In this document: positions 28,781 to 38,780 of the stretch, in pieces
Layout of the letters: the number at the start of each line of letters is the position of its first letter
Numbering within the stretch: the first letter of the stretch is position 1
Program-made: the position numbers and the translations under genes
Notes under the pieces: model-generated
Database searches by the model: none
Told to the model about the DNA's origin: nothing
The model's input: only the letters and a program-made list of their open reading frames with translations
IMG/VR virus record: IMGVR_UViG_3300046524_000185
DNA length: 64,000 nt
Reading direction: 5' to 3' (one strand)
From: an uncultured virus (IMG/VR IMGVR_UViG_3300046524_000185)
Lineage: Duplodnaviria; Heunggongvirae; Uroviricota; Caudoviricetes

Positions 28781-29067
28781 TACTTAACCTTCCGTACCTT
28801 CGGAGCCGCAGGTGCGTTCTCGTCGAACTTCGAGAGGAAGGATGCGATCGCGAGATCGCGGTCTCCAGAGTCGATCCAGAAGGCCAGGAACTCTTCGTCG
28901 GTGGCTTCGTCCGGAACATCAGCAACCTTAGTCACCTGGCCGAGAGCGATACGGGAGTCGATGAAGCCAGAGCGGGCTACAACAGAGGGACGGTGAGCCT
29001 GGATGTCATGCCCAGTGGACATATCCGCCAGCATGAAGTCACCAGTGGTCTCAGCAAGAATTTTCAC
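28780..29067 (-). CDS. Hypothetical virion protein
   Basis: 95-aa ORF after the capsid gene, coupled to the next gene. Confidence 0.55.
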   Translation of the reverse strand: MKILAETTGDFMLADMSTGHDIQAHRPSVVARSGFIDSRIALGQVTKVADVPDEATDEEFLAFWIDSGDRDLAIASFLSKFDENAPAAPKVRKVK

Positions 29068-29137
29068 GGGGGTTCTCCTAATAGAAAGCCCGTCGTCCAG
29101 GGTTTGAACGACGGGCCGGTTGGGTGCTTCTCGGTGA

Positions 29138-30325
29138 TTAAGCCGAGAAGTCGAAGATCGAGCGGGTGTCTCCGAAGTTCATCTTGTAACCAGCGTTTGT
29201 GGTCTTGGTGACCGTGACCGACTGGTTGGTGATGGAGCGTTCGGACTCCTCGATATCCGAGCCGGCTTCGATCAGCTCTTCCATGGTGTCACCCTTGGAG
29301 AGACCAATGAGCTTGCCGACCGGGGCATCGCTGGCGATCGCGAAGTTGGCAACGCCCTGCAGAAGCGGGATGCCGCCGAGCTGGAAGCCCTGAGCCTGAG
29401 CGATCTCAACCTCAGTCTTGCCCTGGAGGGCAGCGTTCGGCATGACGAACAGCTCGAGCCATTCCAGGTAGGCGTCCCAGTTACCGACAACCGTGTCGAT
29501 CGGGGTGCCAGCCTTGGCGCGGTTGATCATCCACTTGACGAGGGCACGGCGGCTGATCTTGCCAGCGGTTGCACCAGCGTCGAGGCTGGACTGCGTGACG
29601 ACTGGAGCAGCGGCATTCACGCCGTCACCGTTCACGAGCAGAGATACCGCGGCCGAAACCTTGGACATCTCAGCTTCGCGCAGCATGCGGACGAAGTATG
29701 GCGTCATCAGATCGAGGCGGGCTCGACGGCCAAACTCGTACGAATAACGCAGACCACCACCGTGCTTGAAGATCTGGACCGAGGTCTGGCTGGACCGGAT
29801 CGTGCGAACCGGTACGCGACCAAGTTCTGCAACCGCACGAGTCGTCTGGTAGTCGTCCTGCTTGTCATCGATCACCGTCGAAATCATTTCGTTGCCCGAA
29901 ATGGAACGCGACTGGGAGATCAACGGCTGAACGCTCTCGAGCTGGCTCTGGCGGTACTTCCAGCGGACCATGTCGTCGACAACTTCCGGGAACAGCGCAC
30001 GGGTACCGGCGTAGGTCTGGAAGGTGTCGGACGCGGCGTCGAGGACAACGCCCTGGGCGAAGTCATCACGAACCGGGAGGTTCAGGAAGGCCAGGGAGGC
30101 TTCGTAGCCATTCAGGAAGCCGTTGGCGTCCTGGTAACGTTCGGAGTGCTCGGACTGCGAGGCGTCGATCGCCAGTGTCAGGAAGTCACGCAGATTGAGG
30201 CCGAAGTTCTTAGCTTCGCGAATGAGCTTCGCAGCTTCGCTCTTCGATGCCGCCTCGTCTTCCACCAGGAGTACGCGAAGGGTTTCTACGCCACGACGCT
30301 GAACTCGAGTAAGGGATTCGGTCAT
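29138..30325 (-). CDS. Major capsid protein
   Basis: 395 aa; VAELG..P, K.GG.L.YSYE, L.NGDG HK97-fold-like motifs; strong GGAGA SD; hairpin downstream. Confidence 0.85.
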   Translation of the reverse strand: MTESLTRVQRRGVETLRVLLVEDEAASKSEAAKLIREAKNFGLNLRDFLTLAIDASQSEHSERYQDANGFLNGYEASLAFLNLPVRDDFAQGVVLDAASDTFQTYAGTRALFPEVVDDMVRWKYRQSQLESVQPLISQSRSISGNEMISTVIDDKQDDYQTTRAVAELGRVPVRTIRSSQTSVQIFKHGGGLRYSYEFGRRARLDLMTPYFVRMLREAEMSKVSAAVSLLVNGDGVNAAAPVVTQSSLDAGATAGKISRRALVKWMINRAKAGTPIDTVVGNWDAYLEWLELFVMPNAALQGKTEVEIAQAQGFQLGGIPLLQGVANFAIASDAPVGKLIGLSKGDTMEELIEAGSDIEESERSITNQSVTVTKTTNAGYKMNFGDTRSIFDFSA

Positions 30326-30364
30326 TTCAAAAATTCTCCGTTGAGTTTGGGGCGGCGCGGCGCG

Positions 30365-30763
30365 TTAGACCAGGACGACGACGGCGTCGGTCCCGATGAT
30401 TTCCGCGACGAAGTTCTTGGTGGCGTCGTTCGCAGCGGCCTTCTTGACTGTGCCGCTACCGCCGCCGATGACCGTGTCGCCAGCTGCGACTGCATCGCCG
30501 TTCTTGATCGGAAGCAGGTTTGCGAACTTCAGAGCGACGGCGCCGACGAGCTGACCTTCGACCTTGCGATCTTCGACAGTCGACAGACGGCCAACGATCA
30601 CGTCGCCATCAGCGGCGAGCTTGACCTTGTTCGGCGCGGACGTGTCGAGCGACACTGCCTTGCCTACGTCAGCAGCGACGATGCCTGCTGCGAGCGTGAA
30701 GGTCAGGATGAAGTCTTCGAAGTGGAAACCACGAAGACTGACTTTGGTGTGGAAGGATGCCAT
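30365..30763 (-). CDS. Capsid decoration/cement protein
   Basis: Small Gly/Ala/Val-rich protein between protease and capsid genes. Confidence 0.7.
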   Translation of the reverse strand: MASFHTKVSLRGFHFEDFILTFTLAAGIVAADVGKAVSLDTSAPNKVKLAADGDVIVGRLSTVEDRKVEGQLVGAVALKFANLLPIKNGDAVAAGDTVIGGGSGTVKKAAANDATKNFVAEIIGTDAVVVLV

Positions 30764-30788
30764 GGTAGTTTATCTCCGTGGTGGGTGA

Positions 30789-31904
30789 TTAGCGGGCCGA
30801 GCGGAAAGCAGCGGCGTTGCGGGACGGCTGGTTCGCCAGGTCGGTCGGCTTGTCGCTGGCCTTGCCACCTGCCTGGATCACGAGAACAGCGGAGTGCTCG
30901 TTGATCAGGGCGGACAGCTCGGTGACCGTCTTCGGCAGTTCGACGTTGAGCTTGCCAACCTTCGTCAGGACGCTCTTGGCGACTTCCGAGAGGGCAGCAA
31001 CGGCAGCATCGCGGTCAGCGGTGACAGCGTTGACGTCGACAGCATTGGCAGCGGTCAGCTGGGTGTTCAGATCAGCGATCGTTGCGTCACGTTCGGTGAT
31101 GGTGGCTTCGAGCGTGGTGACCTTGCCGGTTGCGTCCGTAAGGTCGCGCTTGGCGTTCGTGAGGTCAGCAGTCGTGGTCGTCAGGTTGGCGACGAGAGTT
31201 GCGAGGTCCATAGAATTATCCTTGCGGGGAGTTGCGGTTGCGAGCAGGACGAGGGAGTTCGGGTCCATTCCGGAGGCCGCTAGGCGCTCCATGGACTGGC
31301 CGAAGTGCGACCGGTCGCGTGAGACGATCCGTGCATTCTGGGCACCACCCTGGCCGACGAGGGACATTTCGAAGAAGCTGTCGAGGCCGACCATGCGGGC
31401 GTAGACGCCACTCTTGCCGATCTGATTTCCGTCGTTGTCCGAGCCTGACCAGATGTTTTCGTACGAGGAGTCGGGGCCGAAGTAGTCGAAGCCCGACTTG
31501 GAATTGAGCATCTGCTTTGCGAGAACCGAGACCGAAACCTGGTCGACGCTGCCTGCCTCGATCTTGGTCGCCTGGTCATTGGCGGTCGGATCGAGGAAGA
31601 AGAGCACGCGGAGCTCGGACTCGACGCCCGTGTCGACGACTTCACCATGGAAGACGCGACCGATTGGGAGCGGCGAGGTGTTGTGCATGATCTGCACGGG
31701 GCGAGATTCGCGCTTCAGTTCGCCGGCCATCTCGAGGAGGAAGGCGCGATCAGCGCGAGCGCCCTTGTAGAGCGGGTGCTCCTTGCGGATCGGGAGGGTG
31801 TTGAAAGCAATCGCTTCGTAGACACGCAGGGCGTCGACATCGACATCACCCGCGGAAGCGGTGAGTAGATCCCGAATAGCCTGTGTTTTCTCGATTTGCT
31901 TCAT
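30789..31904 (-). CDS. Prohead protease with C-terminal scaffold
   Basis: H, VSVS and EMSLVGQGG motifs, followed by a coiled-coil tail. Confidence 0.7.
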   Translation of the reverse strand: MKQIEKTQAIRDLLTASAGDVDVDALRVYEAIAFNTLPIRKEHPLYKGARADRAFLLEMAGELKRESRPVQIMHNTSPLPIGRVFHGEVVDTGVESELRVLFFLDPTANDQATKIEAGSVDQVSVSVLAKQMLNSKSGFDYFGPDSSYENIWSGSDNDGNQIGKSGVYARMVGLDSFFEMSLVGQGGAQNARIVSRDRSHFGQSMERLAASGMDPNSLVLLATATPRKDNSMDLATLVANLTTTTADLTNAKRDLTDATGKVTTLEATITERDATIADLNTQLTAANAVDVNAVTADRDAAVAALSEVAKSVLTKVGKLNVELPKTVTELSALINEHSAVLVIQAGGKASDKPTDLANQPSRNAAAFRSAR

Positions 31905-31933
31905 CTGTCAGTGATCCCGTAAGGTTCACTGAC

Positions 31934-31988
31934 AGATGGAAATTTACTTCAGGAAGTTCAATTAAGCTATTGAAGCACAATGATTAAT
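31934..31988 (-). promoter_or_regulatory. Putative late promoter TTGAAC-N16-CCATCT with conserved upstream AT-rich element
   Basis: 33-bp motif shared with 34068-34100; identical spacing to the CCATCT hexamer. Confidence 0.6.
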
Positions 31989-31997
31989 TGTGATTCA

Positions 31998-33659
31998 TTA
32001 CGCAGCGGCAAGCCAGGAATCGATTGCAGCGCCTGTCGGCTGGTCGATCATAACCTGGCCACCCAAGCCACCAGTTGCCACGCGGAGGTGCGTTCCGTCG
32101 TCGCCCGCGTAGCTGTTACCTGGCCACATGACGAGCTGGTCGTTGACCGCCGGAATGTTTGTCCAGGCGGTAGCTGCGGTGAAGTCGCCATTGGTGTTGT
32201 TGCTGCCGCCCTTCAACACACCGATGTTGGTGCCGCTGATGAATTGGGCGACACCGTTCGCCATGGTGTTGCTTCCGACCGCGTAGTCCGTGATGAAACG
32301 GCTCGTCGTGCGAGGCGAGGCATTGAGAACGGTTGCGACGACAGGAAGTGGCAGTGCGGCCTTCTCGCCGGCCACTGCGAAGCGTCCGGAGTCGCGGTAG
32401 GGCTCGACGGCGTCTGCCCAGTCGATGTAGCCGTCAAAGGCCCCAGCGCGGATCGCGGCGTTGAACTGACCTCGAGAGGAGTTGGGACCAGGTTCGTATC
32501 CAGGGTTCGGCTGCTGCCAGTAGACCGAGCTCGTGAATGCACGAGATGTGATCGTGATGCTACCTGTCGCGGTTGGGGTAGCGGACCCAACGAACGGGAA
32601 CGTGATCTTGTTCGTGCCAGTGTCGATCGAGCGGCAGATGAACGAACCGTTGTATTCGGTCTGAGTGGCGCCCGCTATTGTGTATGCCTGGTTGACGACG
32701 AAGATCGAGGCATCCGGAACGGTCATCGTCATGACGTTTCCGGCCGATGTCACTGGACCGACTGCGATTGCGGCCTTCTTGCTCACGCGAGGCAGCATGG
32801 TGATCTGCGTGAACTTGATGCCCTCGGCGTTCGCCATTGCGCGGAGCACTTGCAGATCTGCGAGGATCTGGGTGGGGGTGCGACCAGCGGTTAGGTCGTT
32901 GGTCGACCAGTTGCAGATAATGCGGGTGATGCCGAGCATTTTCGCGAGGGCGATCTGACGGACGAAGTTGGCACCACCATTCGCGGCGTAGGTCTGTACG
33001 GTCGTACCAACGATCGACGCATGATAGACGGGGCACTTGCCCGCAGAGGCGTTCATCAGCGCCGCGCCGTTGTTGGTCGCGAGCGAGTCGCCACAACCCA
33101 TAACGGCTTCCTTGCGGAGTTCGGAGGCCTTGGCTTTCGTCACGACACCTGCGAAGCCAAGTCGAGAGATATACTTGGCACCGTTCGCGATCGTTGAAGT
33201 GAAATTCAGTTTGAACGACGCACCCGCTGGGATGCTCGTGGGCATGGTTATATCGACCGATTTGACAGGTCCACCTACAATCCCCGGGACGACGACGTCA
33301 GGCATCGGAGTCTGCGTGCCACCGACCGGATACTCAATGTTGCCACTGTTGGTGAAGTCGTTTCCAGCGGCCGGGGTTCCGGTTGTTGTCAGGCCCCAAC
33401 CTTGGAAAGTGATGGCGAGCGTGTCGAGTGCTCGGCCGCTCTCGTTGACGAGCGTAACTGAATAGGTCTTGGCCGTTCCATCACCCGTTAGCACGACGGT
33501 CTCGGCGTTGTAGCCGATACCGTACTGGCGGGTCGCGAGACGGTAGATGGGAGATTCGGGCGGCGGCGGCACGACGACGGGCGGCTTATGGCTGACCGAC
33601 GATCCAAGGCGCAATTTCAGGCGTCGGAGTCCCGTGACGGAAGTCCGAAGGCGCCGCAT
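31998..33659 (-). CDS. SGNH/GDSL esterase-like virion protein
   Basis: GDSL (block I), G, STND (block III), D.TH (block V), with inserted beta-rich domains. Confidence 0.7.
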   Translation of the reverse strand: MRRLRTSVTGLRRLKLRLGSSVSHKPPVVVPPPPESPIYRLATRQYGIGYNAETVVLTGDGTAKTYSVTLVNESGRALDTLAITFQGWGLTTTGTPAAGNDFTNSGNIEYPVGGTQTPMPDVVVPGIVGGPVKSVDITMPTSIPAGASFKLNFTSTIANGAKYISRLGFAGVVTKAKASELRKEAVMGCGDSLATNNGAALMNASAGKCPVYHASIVGTTVQTYAANGGANFVRQIALAKMLGITRIICNWSTNDLTAGRTPTQILADLQVLRAMANAEGIKFTQITMLPRVSKKAAIAVGPVTSAGNVMTMTVPDASIFVVNQAYTIAGATQTEYNGSFICRSIDTGTNKITFPFVGSATPTATGSITITSRAFTSSVYWQQPNPGYEPGPNSSRGQFNAAIRAGAFDGYIDWADAVEPYRDSGRFAVAGEKAALPLPVVATVLNASPRTTSRFITDYAVGSNTMANGVAQFISGTNIGVLKGGSNNTNGDFTAATAWTNIPAVNDQLVMWPGNSYAGDDGTHLRVATGGLGGQVMIDQPTGAAIDSWLAAA

Positions 33660-34006
33660 CAGGCGGCGCTCACTACGGAGATCTTGTCACCTACCAGGCA
33701 TGGGATGTCGCGAACTTCTCCAGCTGCGAGGTGGATTCTCGTGTCGTCTCGCTTGGTGCTCTTGGCCTTGCTGGCGTCCGGAGTACCTCCGCGGGCGACG
33801 AAGATGGCGTTTGCCGTAGGTGCCCGTACGCGGAAAATTGGTAGACCAACGGTGGCGAGTGTGGGGACCGAACCGGCTGCTAGTGCTGCTAGCGTCGTTG
33901 CGGCGTTGACAGCGATCGTCTCCGACCAGATTGGGTCGAAGAGCTCACCACTTCCAGCCTTCAGAGCAACGCCCATTTCAACATGAGCACCTGTAAATTC
34001 GGCCAT
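33659..34006 (-). CDS. Hypothetical virion protein
   Basis: 115-aa ORF with AGGAG SD, coupled to the SGNH gene. Confidence 0.6.
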   Translation of the reverse strand: MAEFTGAHVEMGVALKAGSGELFDPIWSETIAVNAATTLAALAAGSVPTLATVGLPIFRVRAPTANAIFVARGGTPDASKAKSTKRDDTRIHLAAGEVRDIPCLVGDKISVVSAA

Positions 34007-34045
34007 TGTGGATCTCCTGGCAAGCAGTATGGACTGTTGCCCTAG

Positions 34046-34100
34046 AGATGGCCTTGGCGGCGTCCCCGTTCAATTAACGCATTGATTCGAAATGACTAAT
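34046..34100 (-). promoter_or_regulatory. Putative late promoter TTGAAC-N16-CCATCT with conserved upstream AT-rich element
   Basis: Same motif and spacing as 31934-31988. Confidence 0.6.
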
Positions 34101-34109
34101 ATTGAACCG

Positions 34110-34301
34110 TTACGCCTCCAGTTGCTCGGCTTCCTCGATCACGCCTCCCTCAGCGAGGAACTGCGGCCATGGTGGTACATCTGTGCTCGCCGAGGGTATG
34201 AAGTATTCGAGCCCATCGTCGCCAACGGCTTTGATGTTGGGTTCTTGGCCGGGGGACATCGGCGTCTGCCATTGGGCGGAAACGAATTTGGTGAGTGGCA
34301 T
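34110..34301 (-). CDS. Small fibre-assembly-like protein
   Basis: 63 aa after the fibre genes; IP...W..FLAEGG.IE. Confidence 0.5.
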   Translation of the reverse strand: MPLTKFVSAQWQTPMSPGQEPNIKAVGDDGLEYFIPSASTDVPPWPQFLAEGGVIEEAEQLEA

Positions 34302-34303
34302 GG

Positions 34304-35392
34304 TTACATCCTCGCGTTCAAAATGATATTGCAGCCGCCATATGCTTGACCGACTGCTGTTGCACTGACTTGCGGCCGGATAAAACGATCCGTGACGGCA
34401 TTGGTAGCGATGGCACTGGCGTTGGCATATGAGACGCCCGTGTAACCGACAGTCGGCGTCGTCCGCATCGGCTTATATTGGAGGGTATTGATTACCTGCC
34501 CGCCTGCACCTGCATATGACGAGAAGATCAAGCAGCCATTTATGGTAAAGTAATAGCGCGAGCAGCGTTCGAGCGTCACGTCGTAGTCTGGCACCTCGTA
34601 GGGCGGCGGCAGATTGGTTTTGTCGGGGTCGACATAGAGCCCGACATCGAACAGTTCGAAGACGTTGCTAGTCGAGGCTAGGCCGTTGGTGGCCCCTGCC
34701 GCCGACAGCAGGTTGCCAGCCTGCCAGCCAGCCACACCGGTGAAAGTCGCGCCAGAAGCGAAGCAAAAACCGATCATCAACCCGGCAGTATTGTCGATGG
34801 TCCATGTGCCAGTGACATCGCCGGGGATGACTAGAACTTGCTCCGTTTCAGTGTTTGCCTGCCCGGTGGTGATGGTGAAGGTGGCGAGATAGGAGCGGTC
34901 AGCAGCGCTGTTGCGAAAGCTGACAGTATAGGTGCCTGCCGGACCCTTGAAGCCAAATCGGAGTACCAACTGCTTGGCATCAGCCGACCCCCATTTCAGT
35001 GCACCACACCGTAAGCCTTCGATCTTGGTGGTTAGGTAGGCATACTCACCTGCCGCAAGCGAGGTGTCGGCCGTCGTCACAGAGAGGCGCACGCGATAGG
35101 GCGAGGGGGACTTCGATCCGGCCGGCGTTGCCACCTGTTGCGCCGAAACAGCGCCCGACGTCGCCAAGCCAAGTGCAAGCTGGTCAACGGGCCACGTGCC
35201 GTTCGCCGTGACGGTCGTATTACCGTTCTCTTGGCTCACCCACATCGACGGGTTATCGATGAGGTTATTCTTGTCAGCCGTCTTAGTCTGTGTTGGCGAC
35301 AGGTTCCACGCTACACCATCCCATGTGTAGATAGGCCCGACGCCGCTGTTGAAAACCTGCCCAAGCGTGGGACTAGTTGGAAAGTCGATCAT
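34304..35392 (-). CDS. Fibre / receptor-binding protein C
   Basis: N-terminal IDFP..P..GQ.F...Y.WDG.AWN; C-terminal part clearly paralogous to 36147-38135. Confidence 0.7.
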   Translation of the reverse strand: MIDFPTSPTLGQVFNSGVGPIYTWDGVAWNLSPTQTKTADKNNLIDNPSMWVSQENGNTTVTANGTWPVDQLALGLATSGAVSAQQVATPAGSKSPSPYRVRLSVTTADTSLAAGEYAYLTTKIEGLRCGALKWGSADAKQLVLRFGFKGPAGTYTVSFRNSAADRSYLATFTITTGQANTETEQVLVIPGDVTGTWTIDNTAGLMIGFCFASGATFTGVAGWQAGNLLSAAGATNGLASTSNVFELFDVGLYVDPDKTNLPPPYEVPDYDVTLERCSRYYFTINGCLIFSSYAGAGGQVINTLQYKPMRTTPTVGYTGVSYANASAIATNAVTDRFIRPQVSATAVGQAYGGCNIILNARM

Positions 35393-36147
35393 CCACGTAC
35401 CCCCAAGAGCCTCACGTTGCCGTTGATGTTGCCAGTGCCGCAATAGAGCTGGATGGCGTTTCTGGCCACGGATGCATTAACGCGTCCGCCAACGGATGCC
35501 GACACCAAGCCACCAGAATTCAATTCGGCATGAACCGTTCCGTTAAAGCGGCTCCTCGCGTTTTTATTGAAGTTGTGGATTAAGATGTTGACCTCTACGC
35601 CCTCGCCGTCTGCCGTAGCCACGTTGCCGATCATCGACAAGGGGAAAGCGGAAGAGTTGGCCGAGTTTGACGCGGGGGTCGTGCCGTTGCCCGCCATATA
35701 CTGATAGCCGTAATCCGACGCCCCCTGCGAAAAGTTCGCACCGTTATCGGTGCTTGTTCGCAACAATAAGTTTGTCGATGTTGATGGCCAGAGCTTGGCG
35801 ATTAACCAGAGTAATTCATAGGCACCGAGATTGACTTTACTCCATGCATTTTGTGTTCCGGGAATGATTTCATCAGTGATGGTTTCGAATAGCCCCGGTG
35901 CCGCCGCCGCACCAGCCGACTGTACCCACTGTTTGGTGTTGCCGTCGTCGTACCAAAGGTACTGCTGTCCGTTGCTTGACCGCCACCATTGCTGCCCGAT
36001 GGCAGGGTTGGAGGGTGGTGTGTCTCCGATGTACATCGGCCCCATCTGCGGCACGATGTTCCACGCGGTGCCATCCCACTGGTAGGTGGCTGAGCCCCCG
36101 GTGAATTGCTGGCCGATGGCCGGTAATGAAGGAAAGTCGATGGCCAT
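35389..36147 (-). CDS. Fibre / receptor-binding protein B
   Basis: Shares the IDFP module with fibre C and the WW.SS.G..YLWYDDGNT.QWV module with fibre A. Confidence 0.7.
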   Translation of the reverse strand: MAIDFPSLPAIGQQFTGGSATYQWDGTAWNIVPQMGPMYIGDTPPSNPAIGQQWWRSSNGQQYLWYDDGNTKQWVQSAGAAAAPGLFETITDEIIPGTQNAWSKVNLGAYELLWLIAKLWPSTSTNLLLRTSTDNGANFSQGASDYGYQYMAGNGTTPASNSANSSAFPLSMIGNVATADGEGVEVNILIHNFNKNARSRFNGTVHAELNSGGLVSASVGGRVNASVARNAIQLYCGTGNINGNVRLLGVRG

Positions 36148-38135
36148 TACATCCTCGCGTTTAGGTTCACACTGCTGGTAAAAGCGCCCGCGCCCGTATT
36201 GTTAGCGGTGCGGTTTTCTTGCAACATGGCACTATTAAAACTCAAGGAGCCCGGAGTAGCGGGGAAACCAGCATTGCTGGTGCTGACGCCCGACAAAGTG
36301 GGTGCCGTTCGCATCAGAACGCCTTTTGTTCCGTAACCCAGAAAACCAATACCGCTTACAGCTTGCCCAGCCCATGCGGTACTGATGCTCTGCCAGTAGC
36401 GTTGACACTTCGTCAGCGCGGCGACAAAGTCCGGGGCCTCGAACGGTGGCGGCAGGCCGGTCTTGTCGGGGTCGAGGTACAGACCGATGTCGAAAAGCTC
36501 GAAGACGTTTGCGGTCGAGCCAACACCATTGAACTGCCCCGGCCCGGCAAGGAAGTTGCCCGCCTGCCAACCGAGCGCACCGGTATAGGTTGGCCCACTG
36601 GCAAAAGTGAAAGAAAGTTGGATGCTACGGGAAGTATCGATTAACCATGTGCCGGTGACATCGCCGGGAATGACAATGGTCTGTTCCGTGTCGGTGTTGG
36701 CTTGCGCCGCCGAAATGGTGAACATGGTCACATAGGTACGATCTGGAGCATTATTGCGGATAGCGACAGAGTATGACCCGGCCGGTGCCTTGAAGCCGAA
36801 ACGGAGGATTACTTGCTTCGCCGCAGCGGTGCCCCAAAGAAAGTCGGCCACGTCGAGACCTTCGATATTAGACAATATCGCCGCGTAGTCGCCTGCCGTT
36901 ATGGAGGCATCGATTGTCCCGACAGTGATCCGCAGCCGGTCGCGGCTGCCGTTCGGCGTCGTGACCTGTACGCGTTGCGAACCCATAACCATCGCTCCGC
37001 TGTAGGAAGTAACGAACTGGTCCGCGCCAAAGACGTTTGTCCCAGTCACTAACGTGTTGCCGTTCTCTTGGCTCACCTGCATGGTGGGATTGGCGATACG
37101 GTTGCGGGCCTGCGCCGTCTTGCGGGCGTAATTCTGGTCGACGATCTGCGCGTTGCCAGACACCGCGACCCACTGCTGGGTGTTGCCGTCATCATACCAG
37201 AGATACAGGACGCCCGTGCTCGATTTCCACCAAAGTTGGCCGTCCTGCAGCGGTCCTGCGGGTGGCAGGTCGTCGGTGTGCGCTCCGCCAGTGCTTGGCG
37301 ACCACACACCATTCTTGCGCATATAGCCAAGCCCGTCGTTCGGGGCATCCAGCATGAAGCCTTGAACCGTGGGGGTGGCGGTGGCGTGAAGGGTGCCACC
37401 GCCTCGCGCTCCATGACTGGTGTCATCGAAGTTGGCGGTAGGCAGCTTGCCGGTGGTGTTGGTCAGATCGCGGTAATAGGCCCCGTGCTGACCATCCAAG
37501 AGATCAGCATCGAGCCCACTGCTGTCACCATCGACTGTCAGTAGCTTGGCGCGAACGTCGGCCGCGGTGTATGCCGATGCATCCAGCTTGAAAGAGATCG
37601 CGTTCGCGAGCTCTGTATCGTTCGAATCGAGCCACGCGCCGATCTCTGCCAGTGTGTCGTAGAGAGCGGGGGCACCAACCTTGAGGTTGTCGATCGCGGC
37701 TTTGACAGCAGCCATCGTGGCGATCTGAGTGGTGTTAGTACCCAATGCCGCAGTCGGCGCGGTCGGTGTCCCTTGCAACTGTGCATCGACGAGGGTGGCG
37801 AAGGTCGCGAGGTGAGCATCCAGGCCAGTGATATCCGCTGTCGTGTGGATGTGGACCGTTGGAGCCGCATAGGCCGAGACGTTCTGCCGAACGCGGAGAG
37901 AACTCCAACCAGTCAGTGTCGTGTCTGTTCCAGCCTGAGCTAGTGCTGGCGTAACAATGGTTAGAGCAGCCTGCGCTCCGATATTGGCACGCACTGCGGT
38001 AGGATCTGCGAAGTCAGAACCGTTGTTCTCTTTCCGGACATAGGAAGCCGCATTCTCGATCGCGGTGCGGACGCTCTTGAACTCGGTAGCGAGGCGGCTT
38101 GTTAGGGCGACGATCGTATCGGCTGCAAACATCAA
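36147..38135 (-). CDS. Fibre / receptor-binding protein A
   Basis: GTPTAPT..GTNTTQIAT, DTLAEI, SGLDADLLDG fibre motifs; CQRY C-terminal module. Confidence 0.8.
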   Translation of the reverse strand: MMFAADTIVALTSRLATEFKSVRTAIENAASYVRKENNGSDFADPTAVRANIGAQAALTIVTPALAQAGTDTTLTGWSSLRVRQNVSAYAAPTVHIHTTADITGLDAHLATFATLVDAQLQGTPTAPTAALGTNTTQIATMAAVKAAIDNLKVGAPALYDTLAEIGAWLDSNDTELANAISFKLDASAYTAADVRAKLLTVDGDSSGLDADLLDGQHGAYYRDLTNTTGKLPTANFDDTSHGARGGGTLHATATPTVQGFMLDAPNDGLGYMRKNGVWSPSTGGAHTDDLPPAGPLQDGQLWWKSSTGVLYLWYDDGNTQQWVAVSGNAQIVDQNYARKTAQARNRIANPTMQVSQENGNTLVTGTNVFGADQFVTSYSGAMVMGSQRVQVTTPNGSRDRLRITVGTIDASITAGDYAAILSNIEGLDVADFLWGTAAAKQVILRFGFKAPAGSYSVAIRNNAPDRTYVTMFTISAAQANTDTEQTIVIPGDVTGTWLIDTSRSIQLSFTFASGPTYTGALGWQAGNFLAGPGQFNGVGSTANVFELFDIGLYLDPDKTGLPPPFEAPDFVAALTKCQRYWQSISTAWAGQAVSGIGFLGYGTKGVLMRTAPTLSGVSTSNAGFPATPGSLSFNSAMLQENRTANNTGAGAFTSSVNLNARM

Positions 38136-38455
38136 ATCAATCCATTCTCAAACAATGCAACGAGATCCGGGAGCTGCCCAAGTTCACCCTGGATGCCTTG
38201 GATTCCCTGGATGCCCTGGATGCCTTGATCCCCTTTGTCACCCTTCAGACCCTGGATGCCTTGGATGCCCTGGTCACCCTTGTCACCCTTGTCACCCTTC
38301 AGGCCTTGGATGCCTTGGATCCCCTGAATGCCTTGGATACCTTGGGTACCCCGGTCACCCTTCTGGACGATCTCGACGACTTCAGGCTTCGCTGGTTCGA
38401 CAACCTCGATCAGGCTTGGCCCATTCGAGATCTCGACCAGGATGACTTCAGCCAT
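38132..38455 (-). CDS. Collagen-like protein
   Basis: About 20 consecutive G-X-Y triplets (GIQ, GDK). Confidence 0.8.
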   Translation of the reverse strand: MAEVILVEISNGPSLIEVVEPAKPEVVEIVQKGDRGTQGIQGIQGIQGIQGLKGDKGDKGDQGIQGIQGLKGDKGDQGIQGIQGIQGIQGELGQLPDLVALFENGLI

Positions 38456-38780
38456 GGTTGATGCTTCCCGCCATCAGGAGGTTGCCGTGGAGGACCGTCT
38501 TCTCCTCGGCCTCGAAGAAACGAACGATCTCGTAGTTCGCCTGGTGGGTCTTGGCGGTGATGGTCTTGGTGATGGCGCTGGTGATGTGGACCTGGAACTC
38601 GCCAACGAGGGCGTCGGTCACCGTGGCAACTATCTCCGTGACGACCTCGTCGCTCTCAATAAACATCTTCAGGACGTCGCCCGTCAGATCATAGGCAACG
38701 CCGGATGCATCACGTAGCCGGAAGGTCAGCGTTTCGGAGTTGCCGCGCCAGAGGTTGATGTCGCGATACGGGGGCTTCAT
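38448..38780 (-). CDS. BppU-N-like fibre attachment protein
   Basis: RG.S..L.F.L.D..G..YDLTG motif. Confidence 0.55.
   Translation of the reverse strand: MKPPYRDINLWRGNSETLTFRLRDASGVAYDLTGDVLKMFIESDEVVTEIVATVTDALVGEFQVHITSAITKTITAKTHQANYEIVRFFEAEEKTVLHGNLLMAGSINHG

Noticed and set aside
34304..37100. Diversity-generating retroelement or invertible fibre shufflon
   Set aside because: Paralogs differ throughout rather than only at adenines, all are co-oriented, and no reverse transcriptase or invertase is in the window.
38180..38365. Tandem 9-bp DNA repeats as a VNTR or regulatory array
   Set aside because: Fully explained by collagen G-X-Y codons.
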